The position numbers and the translations under genes are program-made. Shown one piece after another: positions 21,107-30,895 of a stretch of DNA of 37,245 nt (positions are counted from its first letter, which is position 1; every line of letters starts with the position of its first letter). The notes under the pieces were generated by a model. That model was not told the origin of the DNA and ran no database searches. It was given only the letters and a program-made list of their open reading frames with translations. The DNA lies in NCBI GenBank assembly GCA_038150265.1, contig JAYOTF010000006.1, positions 73,222-110,466 of the forward strand, in the 5' to 3' direction. The stretch comes from Deltaproteobacteria bacterium (GTDB lineage Bacteria; SAR324; NAC60-12).

Positions 21107-22174
21107 TCAGGAAAGGCGCTCTTGAGCCAAGTAGCCGACTAATTCAGAAAGCAAGTTTCGCACCGGATGTTCCGGCAGGGTCAAAAGCAGGTGCCGGGCC
21201 TCTTCTGCGTGACGGTTGCAGGTCTGCTGAACGACCTCCAGGGCACCGGTCTGGTGGGCCTGCTCAATCGCCCACTGGATCTCCTGCTCAGGGGTCTGTT
21301 CCGGAGGCTGCAGGAGCAACGCCTCCAGCCGGGCGCGACCTTCCGGAGGCAGGCGTTCGAGCATCTCAATCACAATCAGGGTCCGCTTGCCCTCGGCAAA
21401 ATCACCGCCCTGTTCCTTCCCATAACCGCCGCCGCCGCCCTGCGGAGCCACAAGGGTGCTCGACTCCGTGAGGTTCAGAAGGTCATCGCGGATCTGGAAA
21501 CCGATCCCGATCGACCGCCCGAGCTGCCCCACCCGAGTCACCCACTCATCAGGCGCCCCGGCAATCAGAGCTCCTGCCTGACAGGGACCGGTTCCCGAGT
21601 ACCACCCGGTTTTGCGCTCAATCATGGCCTCATACTCGTCGCGGGAGGGCATCCGGTTCTGGCTGACCCAGGCAATGTCGAGGGACTGGCCTTCAAAGGT
21701 CCGGCGCATCACCTGGTTGAAGTGCGCATAAAGCTTCCGGGCGACAGGAGGAGGCAGCAGGTCAAAATTTTCCAGTAAGGTTTCATGAACCAGCCCCAGC
21801 AGAGCATCTCCAGCGTTGAGCGCGAGGGGAATGCCGTGGAGGCGATGCAGCGTGGGCTTCCCTCGGCGGAAGCTGGAGGAGTCCTCGATGTCATCATGGA
21901 CCAGCGCGAAGTTGTGAAACAGCTCCAGGGCCACCGCAGACGGAAGGGCCTGGGCGACGGTTCCCCCAAACCACTCACAGCACAGGAGCACCAGCGCCGG
22001 ACGAAAGCCCTTTCCTCCGCGCTGGAGGTAGTCCCGCATCAAGGGGTAGAGGTCCTCTCCGTACGGTTCATCCTGAATGCGGGCCAGAGCTTCGGTCCGC
22101 ACCAGCGAGCCTGCCTGGTCGAGGTAGGCCTTGAGGTCGGAACCGTCAGTGGCATGAGGAAGAGAAGCGGTCAC
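21107..22174 (-). CDS. Short-chain polyprenyl diphosphate synthase (GGPP/FPP synthase)
   Basis: RGGKGFRP, FARM FHNFALVHDDIED...RRGKPTLH, GQSLD, KT motif, second motif FQIRDDLLN, DFAEGKRT. Confidence 0.93.
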   Translation of the reverse strand: MTASLPHATDGSDLKAYLDQAGSLVRTEALARIQDEPYGEDLYPLMRDYLQRGGKGFRPALVLLCCEWFGGTVAQALPSAVALELFHNFALVHDDIEDSSSFRRGKPTLHRLHGIPLALNAGDALLGLVHETLLENFDLLPPPVARKLYAHFNQVMRRTFEGQSLDIAWVSQNRMPSRDEYEAMIERKTGWYSGTGPCQAGALIAGAPDEWVTRVGQLGRSIGIGFQIRDDLLNLTESSTLVAPQGGGGGYGKEQGGDFAEGKRTLIVIEMLERLPPEGRARLEALLLQPPEQTPEQEIQWAIEQAHQTGALEVVQQTCNRHAEEARHLLLTLPEHPVRNLLSELVGYLAQERLS

Positions 22175-23604
22175 AGGTGCTCCAGAGCAGGGATTTGGTA
22201 GTTGCGCATCAAGCGTTCATGCGCCTGAGGCAGCTCAGCCACCGGAAGGACGACCTGATGCCGTGAGGCACCCGACATGAATTCAATGCGGTGGTAGGCG
22301 TCCTGAGGCGTTTTCAGGGCATCGAGCACATCCTCCAACCGGTGAATGGGGTGCCCGTTGATGGCCTCGACGACCTCATGCTCCAGGTCTTCGTAGCCAA
22401 TGTTGATGGCATCCGGAAGCACCTGTGCCAGCAGCACAATGCGCTGATTCGGGTTGCCGGGGCGCAATGCGTCCAGCAGCGGGAACAGCCGCAGCCGAAC
22501 CGGAGCCTGATCGGCCCAGCGTTCGCCCCAGATGCTGAGGTAGTCGTAGGTCAATTCCTGAAACAGCAGGCCTCCCCGCAGCACGTACCGAGGAGCCTGG
22601 TTGCGGGTCCGGAGCGGAAGGTGTCGGTCGACCTGTCGGGCGGCAATCGTGGTCGTCAGGGTCTGTTGCCGAGAGCCGCGGTAGACCTGAAGCGTGACGG
22701 TGTCTCCGGCCGAGAACTGGTTCATCAGGATCACATCCAGCGGCACCCGTCCCCATTCAGGGTGACGAATCTGGCCTTCAAAGTCGACGGTCCAGTCGTT
22801 GATGCGGGTGAGCAGGTCAAACGGCTGAAGCACTTCCGAGCCGGTACCACTCTCCAGCACCTGCGTCACCCAGGCGCCTTCGGCCCCTTCCGGAAAGCCC
22901 TGCTGGTCGGCAACGCTGGGCTGAGGCAGCGAGCTCCAGTTGAAGCCCCGCTGCGGCAGGGGAGCGAGGGTTCCGGAAGGAGCCTGTGCCACAAAATTTT
23001 CCAGAATCTGCGCCGGAAGCACATGCGCCGGATTGGAGCCCCGCTTGACGAGGAGGCCAATGACTCGGCCAGCCTGCAACACCGGGAGTCCGGAAGCCAG
23101 CGGAACCTCGCCCATGGATCCGGTGTAGACCGGCAGCCAGGTGTCGGTTTGCTTCCGGAACCCGAGGGCGAGCTGATCGAGTGTGATGGCACCTTCCTGA
23201 GCCCCCTGGTGATCGAGGTACAGCACGGTGGCCTCTCCCGGAGTGGCTTCTCCCCAGGTCACGGCAGAGGCGTTGTCGGAGTCCGGAAGCTCGAGCAGCG
23301 CCAGGTTGGCCGCGTCATCAAAGAGCCGGATGCGTGCTTCCTGAATCGTGGCCTGCCCCTGAGGCCGGAGCTGCACCAATGAGGCGTTTCCAACGACATC
23401 GGCAGTGGTGAGCCACCAGCCGGGCTGCACCTGCCACGCACTTGCCGTCTCCGACTCCACGGACTTCCGGTTCCATGGGGTCAGCCAGTCGTAGTTCTGT
23501 CGGTACACCTCAACGGTGGCGAGCTGCGGCAACGTGGCCTCCTGGGCGCCTGCCAAGCCGACCAGGCTCCAGAACACGAGCAGGCAAAGGAATCCTCCCC
23601 TCAT
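22171..23604 (-). CDS. Secreted HtrA/Deg-like PDZ protein, probably catalytically inactive
   Basis: Signal peptide (AGA-QE) and the same architecture as the upstream protease (PRYVLRGGLLFQEL, NIGYEDL..INGHPI). Triad motifs are degenerate: TTADVV, AANLALL, LASGLP. Confidence 0.8.
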   Translation of the reverse strand: MRGGFLCLLVFWSLVGLAGAQEATLPQLATVEVYRQNYDWLTPWNRKSVESETASAWQVQPGWWLTTADVVGNASLVQLRPQGQATIQEARIRLFDDAANLALLELPDSDNASAVTWGEATPGEATVLYLDHQGAQEGAITLDQLALGFRKQTDTWLPVYTGSMGEVPLASGLPVLQAGRVIGLLVKRGSNPAHVLPAQILENFVAQAPSGTLAPLPQRGFNWSSLPQPSVADQQGFPEGAEGAWVTQVLESGTGSEVLQPFDLLTRINDWTVDFEGQIRHPEWGRVPLDVILMNQFSAGDTVTLQVYRGSRQQTLTTTIAARQVDRHLPLRTRNQAPRYVLRGGLLFQELTYDYLSIWGERWADQAPVRLRLFPLLDALRPGNPNQRIVLLAQVLPDAINIGYEDLEHEVVEAINGHPIHRLEDVLDALKTPQDAYHRIEFMSGASRHQVVLPVAELPQAHERLMRNYQIPALEHL

Positions 23605-25064
23605 GAGGCCTCCGGCGCTTCAAGGCGCTTCAAGGCGGGAATGCCGTAGCGCTTGAACAACTCCGGCTCCTGAGCCTCCACCTCCTGTCGGTTCAAAATG
23701 ATCGGAGTCGGACTCCACTCGCTCTTGAAGACCACAAAGCGTTCTCCATCCGGAAGGTGCTCCAACACGGCGTCCAGATGAGCCAGCGAGTTGATCCGGA
23801 TGCCGTTGACTTCGTTCACGACATAATTTTCCAAACCCGCGTATCCGGAGTTGCAGGACAGGGGCAGCACCTGCGAGATGACCACAACCTGTTGCCGCCG
23901 GGTGCCCGGCTGTTCGGCTTCCCGGAACCAGTGCTCGTAGGCCAGCACCGGCGGAAAGCCCTGTTGGGACTGGATGAGGTTCCGGGAGAGCACCACAAAC
24001 ACGAGCCCCCCATAAATGCGGTACTCCGGCAGGCGGTCGTAGCTGTTGCGCAGCTCGTTGCTGAAAGGCGGAGGCTTGAGCTCCAGTGTGACCTGCTGCA
24101 ACGTTCCATTGCGCCAGATCTTGAGCGGAAGCGGGTCTCCCACCTGCTTTTCTTCGGAGGCAATGAAGAAGTCCACAATCTGTCCCTTGTACGGCACCAT
24201 CCCGGCCAGGTCGAGCTGCTGGGAGTCCACCTCAAGCAACACATCGCCGGGCTGCAGGCGACCGTCTGCCGAGGACCCCGGCAACACGCGCTCCACAATC
24301 ACGCCCTCCTGTCCTTCCGGAAGCTGCAGGTAGTCCCGGAGGTGCCGGTTGAGCAGGGAGCTGGTCTGAATGCCAATTTCCGGAACACCGTCATACTGGC
24401 CGTCTTCAATGTCCTTGAGGAACCGCTGGATCAGCGGCGTGGGAATGAAGTAGCCCACGTCGTTCAGGCGGAGGTTGGACTGAAAGGCCACACCGACGAC
24501 CTTGTCATCTTGAATGACCGGGCCGCCACTGTTTCCGGGGTTGATGGCGGAGTCGGTCTGCACCAGCAGGTGGGCGTCAATGCCGGGGTGGACGTAGGTG
24601 CCGAACTCGATGCGCGAGACCACGCCTTCGGTTCGCGACAGGTCCTGCCCCCCCTGTGGGTAGCCATAGGCTCGGACGCGGCTCTGCAACGGAGGCAGCT
24701 TCCCAAACTGCAGGGGCGTGAGGTCGTTCTGAAACTCCGGATCCTCGACTGCGAGGAGGGCGAGGTCTGAGTCGTGGGCCACCGCGTACACCCGGGCAAT
24801 GGAAGGCTCCGGATTGGAGTGCTTGTTGACCAGCAGCATCCGGGAGTCGCTGACCACATGGGCATTGGTGAGGATGAGGCCGCCCTCAATGAGGAAGCCG
24901 CTTCCCGTATTGGAAATGGTCGGCGACAGCCGCCACGGCTCTTGCCAATCCGGGGTCTGCTGGTAGTTGGTGATGCGGACGACGGATTGCTCCACTCGCA
25001 GCGGCGCCTGTGCCAGCGCCAGCGTGGGGAGGAGCCACAGCCCCAGAACGATCAGCCGGCCCAT
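23601..25064 (-). CDS. Secreted trypsin-like serine protease with PDZ domains (HtrA/Deg2-like)
   Basis: Signal peptide (ALA-QA). GSGF, ILTNAHVV (His), HDSDLALL (Asp), DSAINPGNSGGP (Ser). Two PDZ-type regions. Confidence 0.93.
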   Translation of the reverse strand: MGRLIVLGLWLLPTLALAQAPLRVEQSVVRITNYQQTPDWQEPWRLSPTISNTGSGFLIEGGLILTNAHVVSDSRMLLVNKHSNPEPSIARVYAVAHDSDLALLAVEDPEFQNDLTPLQFGKLPPLQSRVRAYGYPQGGQDLSRTEGVVSRIEFGTYVHPGIDAHLLVQTDSAINPGNSGGPVIQDDKVVGVAFQSNLRLNDVGYFIPTPLIQRFLKDIEDGQYDGVPEIGIQTSSLLNRHLRDYLQLPEGQEGVIVERVLPGSSADGRLQPGDVLLEVDSQQLDLAGMVPYKGQIVDFFIASEEKQVGDPLPLKIWRNGTLQQVTLELKPPPFSNELRNSYDRLPEYRIYGGLVFVVLSRNLIQSQQGFPPVLAYEHWFREAEQPGTRRQQVVVISQVLPLSCNSGYAGLENYVVNEVNGIRINSLAHLDAVLEHLPDGERFVVFKSEWSPTPIILNRQEVEAQEPELFKRYGIPALKRLEAPEAS

Positions 25065-25885
25065 GACATCAGCCCAATCAAGAGTCCGAGGCCCACCCGG
25101 TAGACCACAAAGGCGAAGGTGCCATGACGCTTCAGGAAGCGCAGGAGGAATTCGATGGAGAGGTAACCGCTGACAAAGGCGGCCACAATGCCAACAATGA
25201 TTTGGGGAACGCCGATGCTGCCGAATCCGGTTTGGGCCAACTCATAGAGCTCAAACAGTCCACTTCCCAGGATGGCCGGCAGCCCCAGGAGGAAGGAAAA
25301 CCGTGCAGCCTCGGCCCGGTTGAGGCCCACGAGCAGCCCTCCCATGATGGTCGATCCGGAGCGGGAAGCTCCCGGAATGAGCGCCAACGCCTGGCACAGC
25401 CCAATCCAGAGGATGTCCCGGAAGCCCAGCTGGTCGACCTCCTTGTCTTCCCTGGAGCGCTGCTCCGCCCACCAGAGCAGGAGCGCCAGTCCAATCAAGG
25501 CGGCACTGATGACCCAGAGCGCCCGGGCTTCGGTTTTGATGAAGTCCTTGAACCCCAGCCCGAGGACGACCACCGGGATGGTGCCGAGGGCAATGCCCCA
25601 CGCGAGCCGGGCGTCGGTGTCGGTTTCAAAGTCCCGGTGGAGGAGGCCCCGGATGCCACCGGCAATGAGCTTCAGGACGTCACGCCAGAAGTAGATGAGG
25701 ACGGCAATGAGGGTGCCGAGTTGAATGACTGCGGAAAACTCGGCGCCGGGGTCACTCCAGCCGAGAAAGTAAGGGACCACCCGAAGGTGAGCCGTACTGC
25801 TGATGGGCAGGAACTCAGTGAGCCCCTGAACCAGACCCAGAACAGTCGCCTGGACAAAGCTCAGCGGCTCGTGGACAGCGTGCAT
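25052..25885 (-). CDS. uppP: Undecaprenyl-diphosphatase (BacA)
   Basis: VQGLTEFLPISSTAHL and QALALIPGASRSGSTI motifs; multiple TM segments. Confidence 0.97.
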   Translation of the reverse strand: MHAVHEPLSFVQATVLGLVQGLTEFLPISSTAHLRVVPYFLGWSDPGAEFSAVIQLGTLIAVLIYFWRDVLKLIAGGIRGLLHRDFETDTDARLAWGIALGTIPVVVLGLGFKDFIKTEARALWVISAALIGLALLLWWAEQRSREDKEVDQLGFRDILWIGLCQALALIPGASRSGSTIMGGLLVGLNRAEAARFSFLLGLPAILGSGLFELYELAQTGFGSIGVPQIIVGIVAAFVSGYLSIEFLLRFLKRHGTFAFVVYRVGLGLLIGLMSWAG

Positions 25886-25963
25886 TGAGGGAAAGAAACG
25901 TTGAGGGTGTCAGAAGTTGAGTCGAGGCGGCCCCGGTCGGAGCCCTCCTCGAAAACAGGACCG

Positions 25964-27007
25964 TCAGGCCAGAGCGCCTCGTTTGGCAGCGACCACTTCG
26001 GCGATCATGCTCAGGGCAATCTCAGCGGCGGTTTGGGCCTGGATGTCCAGACCGGCCGGCCCCTTGATGCGGGCAATCTCTTCTTCCGTGAAGCCGGCTT
26101 CCCGGAGGCGGTCGCAGCGCTTGGCGTGCGTTTTCCGGGAGCCGAGTGCCCCAATGTACCGCAAGGGCTGACGCAGCAGCAGGTGCAGCGCCGGGTCGTC
26201 AATCTTGGGGTCATGGGTCAGCAGGATGGCGTAGGTGTCCTCGTTCAGGGGACGCTGTGGCAGCGCGTCCTGAGGCCACTCCGGAAGGAGCACATCCGGA
26301 GGGGTGGGGAAGCGGTCCTTGGTGGCAAAGACCTTCCGGGGGTCAATGACGACGGTCTGGAAGTCGAGGGCCTGGGCAAATTGAACGAGTGGGACGGTCA
26401 TGTGCCCGGCGCCGATGATGAGGAGCTGATCGCGCCGTGGGAAGACCTGCAGGAACACCTCGGAGTCTCCCAGCGTGGCGACTCGGTTTTCCCGGGCCGT
26501 GTAGGCCGAGTGGGCTTCTGCGAGCGCATCATCCTGAACAGGGCCCCAGTCTCCAACGGGCGTGTGCCCCGGACGCACCAGCAAGTGCAGAGACTCGCCT
26601 CCGGAAAGCCGGGTCAGGAGCACGGCAGGCTCGTTTTCTGTGAGGCACTGCTGCAGCGCCTGCCACACCTCCCGAGAGGCCGGGTTGGGGCTTTGACCCC
26701 AATGGGGCTCAATGAAGACGGAAACCTTGCCGCCGCAGGAAAGCCCCACCGACAGCGCCAACTCGTCTTCCACACCATAGGTCACCTTCCGGCCTTCCTG
26801 GGTGTTCAGCACCTCCAGTGCCTCTTCAATGACAGCGCCTTCAATGCAGCCCCCACTCACCGAGCCGACGACCTTCATGTCGGGGGTGATGAGCATGCCG
26901 GCTCCTGAACTTCGTGGCGCCGAGCGCCAGGTTTGCACCACTCGGGCAATGGCGAAGGGGGCCCCGGCAGCATCGTACTGAATTAAATCGGACCAAATGT
27001 CTCTCAT
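25964..27007 (-). CDS. XdhC/CoxI-family molybdoenzyme maturation factor
   Basis: RSAPRSSGA, GSVSGGCIE, GLSCGG, IIGAGH, LTHDPKIDD, YIGALGSRKT, PAGLDI...EIALS. Confidence 0.93.
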   Translation of the reverse strand: MRDIWSDLIQYDAAGAPFAIARVVQTWRSAPRSSGAGMLITPDMKVVGSVSGGCIEGAVIEEALEVLNTQEGRKVTYGVEDELALSVGLSCGGKVSVFIEPHWGQSPNPASREVWQALQQCLTENEPAVLLTRLSGGESLHLLVRPGHTPVGDWGPVQDDALAEAHSAYTARENRVATLGDSEVFLQVFPRRDQLLIIGAGHMTVPLVQFAQALDFQTVVIDPRKVFATKDRFPTPPDVLLPEWPQDALPQRPLNEDTYAILLTHDPKIDDPALHLLLRQPLRYIGALGSRKTHAKRCDRLREAGFTEEEIARIKGPAGLDIQAQTAAEIALSMIAEVVAAKRGALA

Positions 27008-27041
27008 GGGAACTCTTAAGGAGAAGGAAAACGGCGGAGGT

Positions 27042-28340
27042 TCAGGATAAGTCGGGACGCTCTTTCAGAAATGCCTCCAGTCCCGCCGCGTCTTGGGTGG
27101 CTGCAGCCAGTCGCCGGACGCCTTCTTCGAGTTGGGGCAACTCAGAGGCGGTTGAGAGTCGCAGAAAGTGCTTCCCTGCAGTTCCAAGCTGCCCAAAGGA
27201 AGGACGATCCAGCACCGCAACCTGATGGGCATAGAGGGCAAACATCTGGAACAGTCCGGACGGAGACGTCTGGCGCTGGGCGGCTTCCGGAAGCTGGGCG
27301 TAGTGGTCGAGCAGCCCCAGGTGTTCGCAGACCCCGGCGATGTTGGGAAAGAGGTAGAAGGCGCCTCCGGGTTGGGCGCAGTGGACGCCGTCCAGGTGGT
27401 TCAGGAGGTCCAGGACCACGTTCCGGCGTTCCTCAAAGGTGGCGACCATGTGGCGGATCACCGGAGCGGACTCCGGGCTTTCCAGAGCCAGCCGGGCGCC
27501 TTCCTGATTGTAAGGCGCCACGCAGGAAAAGTAATTGATGTTCAGGGTCTTGAAGACTGATGCCTCTTCTGGGGTCGGGAAGACCGCGTAACCGATCCGT
27601 CCACCCGTCCAGGCGTAGGTCTTGGAGAAGCCACTCGCAATGATGGTGCGCTCTGCGAGTCCTGGTACGGAAGCAATGGACGCATGCGTCAGGCCATCAA
27701 AGATGATGTTTTCATAGATCTCATCGGAGTAGACCCGGACCTCGGAGGAGGTGCAGCGCAGGATCACTTCCGCGACAGCCTCCAGCTGCGCGCGCGTGGC
27801 CACACCACCGGTTGGGTTCGAGGGAAAATTCAGGTAGATGAGCTTGGTCCGGGGGGTGATGAGGGCCTCCAGCTGTTCGGGCTCGAAGGTGAAGCCGTTG
27901 GCCTCCTCAAGGTGCAGAGGCACGGGAGTCGCCCCGACGTAGCGAATGAAGGATTCATAGATCGGGAAGCCCGGGCTGGGGTAGATGACCTCGTCTCCGG
28001 GGTTGCAGTACACCTGCTGGGCGAGGCCGATGGAGGGCTTGCCCCCGGGAAACACCACCACCTGCTCAGGCGTGGTCTCGAGGCCACGGGTGCGGTTGAT
28101 CTGGTTGCTGATCGCCTTTCTGAGAGACGGGAGCCCCTGTGGGTCACAGTAGTGCGTGTTGCCCTGGTCGAGCTGGCGCTTCACTTCCTCTCGGATGTGC
28201 TCCGGAAGATCGAAGTCCGGCTCGCCGAGGTTGAGCTTGACGACCGGGCGGTGGGACTGTTCCACGCGTGTGATGTGGGGGCCGACCTTGAAGGCGTTTT
28301 CGGTGTCAATGCGCTGGTTGCGTTCGGCAAAGAGAGCCAT
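27042..28340 (-). CDS. PLP-dependent aminotransferase class I/II (aspartate aminotransferase-like)
   Basis: LNLGEPDF, LNFPSNPTG, YSDEIYE, SGFSKTYAWTGGRIGY (PLP Lys), PGGAFYLF. Confidence 0.93.
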   Translation of the reverse strand: MALFAERNQRIDTENAFKVGPHITRVEQSHRPVVKLNLGEPDFDLPEHIREEVKRQLDQGNTHYCDPQGLPSLRKAISNQINRTRGLETTPEQVVVFPGGKPSIGLAQQVYCNPGDEVIYPSPGFPIYESFIRYVGATPVPLHLEEANGFTFEPEQLEALITPRTKLIYLNFPSNPTGGVATRAQLEAVAEVILRCTSSEVRVYSDEIYENIIFDGLTHASIASVPGLAERTIIASGFSKTYAWTGGRIGYAVFPTPEEASVFKTLNINYFSCVAPYNQEGARLALESPESAPVIRHMVATFEERRNVVLDLLNHLDGVHCAQPGGAFYLFPNIAGVCEHLGLLDHYAQLPEAAQRQTSPSGLFQMFALYAHQVAVLDRPSFGQLGTAGKHFLRLSTASELPQLEEGVRRLAAATQDAAGLEAFLKERPDLS

Positions 28341-28368
28341 GAGGAGCCAGGTTGGAGCAGACGGGAGG

Positions 28369-28389
28369 ACGCCTCCGGAGGGGAGGCGT
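28369..28389. repeat. 8-bp-stem hairpin between pspA and the aminotransferase
   Basis: ACGCCTCC-GGAGG-GGAGGCGT. No U-tract. Confidence 0.5.
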
Positions 28390-28402
28390 GGGTTGGTTTC
28401 GT

Positions 28403-29122
28403 TTACTTGGAGTCGGCCTTGTCGGCATCCGGAGCCGGAAGAGCGGCTTTTTGCTTGAGGGCGAGCAGCTGGGCATCAATGTCGGTGTCTCCGCCACCGC
28501 CGCCTTCGAGTTCCTTGAACTTCTTTTCCAGGGAGTCGGTCTCGGAGTCCAGGCTGATCTCCTGCATGGCTTCGGCACGGGCCTGCATGTTGTCGACCTT
28601 TTCCTCCATGCGCTCAATGGTGTCCAGGGCGCCCGAGGTGTCCCCAAAGCCCTGGATGGTCTGGTAGATCTGCTCCTGGGCTTCTGCTGTTTTCTGCTTG
28701 GCCACAAGCAGGCTCTTCTTGCGCTTGATTTCCTCGATCTTGTCGTCCATCTGCTGGTAGCCGTTGCGCAGGGCATCGGTGCTTTGCTGGTGGATGGCAA
28801 GCTGCTCCTCGAGTCCCTGGGCACGGGTGTCGTGGTCCTTTTTGCGGACCAGGGCTTCCTTGGCCAGGTCATCCTTTCCATTCTGGACCGCCAGGATGGC
28901 CTTTTGCTCCCACTTCTTTGCTTCCGCTTGTTCTTGCTCCACGTCTCGCTCCAGGCGCTTTTGCTGGGCAAGGGCCTCGGTGACCTGCACCTTGGCCTGC
29001 CGCTTCTTGGCTTCGAGGTCGGTGAGCATTTGATTGATCATCTTTTCCGGGTCTTCGGCCTTGTCCAAGGCAGCATTGGAGTAAGCCCGGATGACATTGG
29101 TGAAGCGTGAGATGATTCCCAT
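28403..29122 (-). CDS. pspA: PspA/IM30 family phage shock protein
   Basis: MGIISRFTNVIRA...LDKAEDPEKMINQ, AILAVQNGKDDLAKEAL, ERMEEKV...ARAEA, LLALK coiled-coil motifs. Confidence 0.93.
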   Translation of the reverse strand: MGIISRFTNVIRAYSNAALDKAEDPEKMINQMLTDLEAKKRQAKVQVTEALAQQKRLERDVEQEQAEAKKWEQKAILAVQNGKDDLAKEALVRKKDHDTRAQGLEEQLAIHQQSTDALRNGYQQMDDKIEEIKRKKSLLVAKQKTAEAQEQIYQTIQGFGDTSGALDTIERMEEKVDNMQARAEAMQEISLDSETDSLEKKFKELEGGGGGDTDIDAQLLALKQKAALPAPDADKADSK

Positions 29123-29142
29123 GGCGAATTTGACGGTTGGGG

Positions 29143-30846
29143 TTAGAAGAGCTGCTTGCGTTTGTTAGATGGAAGTATGTTAAGAGCTTCTCGGTATTTC
29201 GCAACTGTTCTTCGAGCCACCTTGATTCCGCTTCGTCGGTGGAGGATTTCCGCAATCTGCAGGTCGGTGTAGGGGTTGCGCAGATTTTCGTTCTGAACGA
29301 GCTGCTGGATCATGTCCTTGATGCGCTTGGACGAGACGGCTTCGCCTTCGCCCTGGTCGATGCCGCTGGTGAAGAAGTACTTCAGCTCAAAGATGCCCTG
29401 GGGCGTGTGGACGTACTTGTTGGTGGTGATGCGGCTGACGGTGGACTCGTGGACCTCAATGTCTTCCGCCACATCCTTGAGGACGAGGGGCTTGAGGTAG
29501 TGAATGCCGCGCTCAAAGAACTCCTGCTGAAACTTGAGGATGCTCTTGGTCACACGGTAGATCGTCTTCTGGCGTTGCTCAATGCTCTTCATCAGCCACT
29601 GCCCGGCCTTGATCTTCTCCTGAATGTACTCCTTGGTCAGGTTCCCATCCTCCTCCATGTTCTCACACAGCTCCCGGTAGTAGTGACTGATCCGGAGGCG
29701 GGGGATGCCGTTTCCGTTGAGGGCGACCCGGAAGTCTCCGTTTTGCTGATAGATGTAGACATCCGGGACGATGTAGTGATGCGCAGGAGGCGTGACGAAG
29801 GAGCGTCCGGGTTTGGGCTCAAGGGCCATGATCATCTTGTACGCCTCAATGACGTCTTCCAGGTCTTCCTTGTGACGCCGGGCGATGCGCTTGAGGTCCT
29901 TGGACTCGAGGAGGTCCATGTCCTGCTCAATGATGCGGTAGGCGAGGCTGCTGCTTTCCTTCGCCAGCCGGAGCTGAATGAGCAGGCACTCCCGGAGGCT
30001 CCGGGCGCCAACGCCGTTGGGCTCAAACTCCTGCAGGCCCTGAAGGATGTCTTCCACGAAGCAGGCGACCTCGTGGACCATGGTGAATTCGGGCTCCACG
30101 GGCGAGGCCTCTTCCACGACCTCCTCCTCCTCAAAGGTCGGAGGCGCATTCTTGCCCCGTTTGCGTTCGGTGGCCGGGCGTTCGCGCTGGTACTTCTGGG
30201 TAAAGAGCTCGGGCGCAAAATCCGGGTTGATCTCGACTTCCTTGCGGGTGATGGCGGACAGGATCTCGTCGTGCAGGTCGGGTTGAGACTCCAGCAGCTC
30301 CTGGATGCTGGTGACGAGGTACCCGTCTTCCTCAATGTTGCCAATCAGGTTGTAGGCGACCTTGTACGCCAGGGGCTGGAGGTCGAGCATGTCGAGCTGC
30401 CAGATCAGGTGGTCCGCCAGGGTCTGGGACTGGGCCAGCGTGGCTTCGAGGGAGGGCAGTTCCTCATCATCTCCCATCGGAGCCGGACGCGAGGAGTAGG
30501 AGCCGTACTGGTCCACCTGCTCCATGTAGTTCTGCCAGTCGATCTCTTCAGACTGGGGCTGCTCGTCGCGCTCGGCTTCCCGGGCGGATTCAAAGCTTTC
30601 GGTGCTGGCAATCACTTCCGGCGTCTCTTCTCCTTCGGGGGCGGCTTCCGGAGCCGGCTCTTCACGGTTTGGGAAGGAGTCGATGTCCATCGCTTCTTCC
30701 AGCACCGGGTTCTCAATCAGAGTCTGGTCAATCAACTCCTCCAGTTCGGTTCTCGAGAGTTGCAGCAGCTTGATGGCCTGCTGCAGCTGCGGGGTCATGA
30801 TCAGCTGCTGCGACATGCGCATCTGCAGCTTCATTTGCATGGCCAT
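29143..30846 (-). CDS. rpoN: RNA polymerase sigma-54 factor
   Basis: Region I QQLIMTPQLQQAIKLLQLS, EPNGVGARSLRECLLIQL, HTH VHESTVSRITTNKY, RpoN box ARRTVAKYRE. Confidence 0.99.
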   Translation of the reverse strand: MAMQMKLQMRMSQQLIMTPQLQQAIKLLQLSRTELEELIDQTLIENPVLEEAMDIDSFPNREEPAPEAAPEGEETPEVIASTESFESAREAERDEQPQSEEIDWQNYMEQVDQYGSYSSRPAPMGDDEELPSLEATLAQSQTLADHLIWQLDMLDLQPLAYKVAYNLIGNIEEDGYLVTSIQELLESQPDLHDEILSAITRKEVEINPDFAPELFTQKYQRERPATERKRGKNAPPTFEEEEVVEEASPVEPEFTMVHEVACFVEDILQGLQEFEPNGVGARSLRECLLIQLRLAKESSSLAYRIIEQDMDLLESKDLKRIARRHKEDLEDVIEAYKMIMALEPKPGRSFVTPPAHHYIVPDVYIYQQNGDFRVALNGNGIPRLRISHYYRELCENMEEDGNLTKEYIQEKIKAGQWLMKSIEQRQKTIYRVTKSILKFQQEFFERGIHYLKPLVLKDVAEDIEVHESTVSRITTNKYVHTPQGIFELKYFFTSGIDQGEGEAVSSKRIKDMIQQLVQNENLRNPYTDLQIAEILHRRSGIKVARRTVAKYREALNILPSNKRKQLF

Positions 30847-30895
30847 TACGGAGTCTCCGGAGGGTGAAGGTTGGGGGAAATGCTGTTATTGCCTG

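Noticed and set aside
22171..23604. Pseudogene call for the inactive protease paralogue
   Set aside because: Full-length intact frame with a signal peptide and coupled start/stop overlaps on both sides.
21167..28667. Many 200-360 aa plus-strand ORFs opposite the minus-strand operon
   Set aside because: Antisense shadows of well-supported genes.
29137..30867. 576-aa plus-strand ORF spanning rpoN
   Set aside because: Codon-aligned antisense shadow of rpoN with no recognisable motifs or SD. The sigma-54 site lies downstream of it, so cannot drive it.
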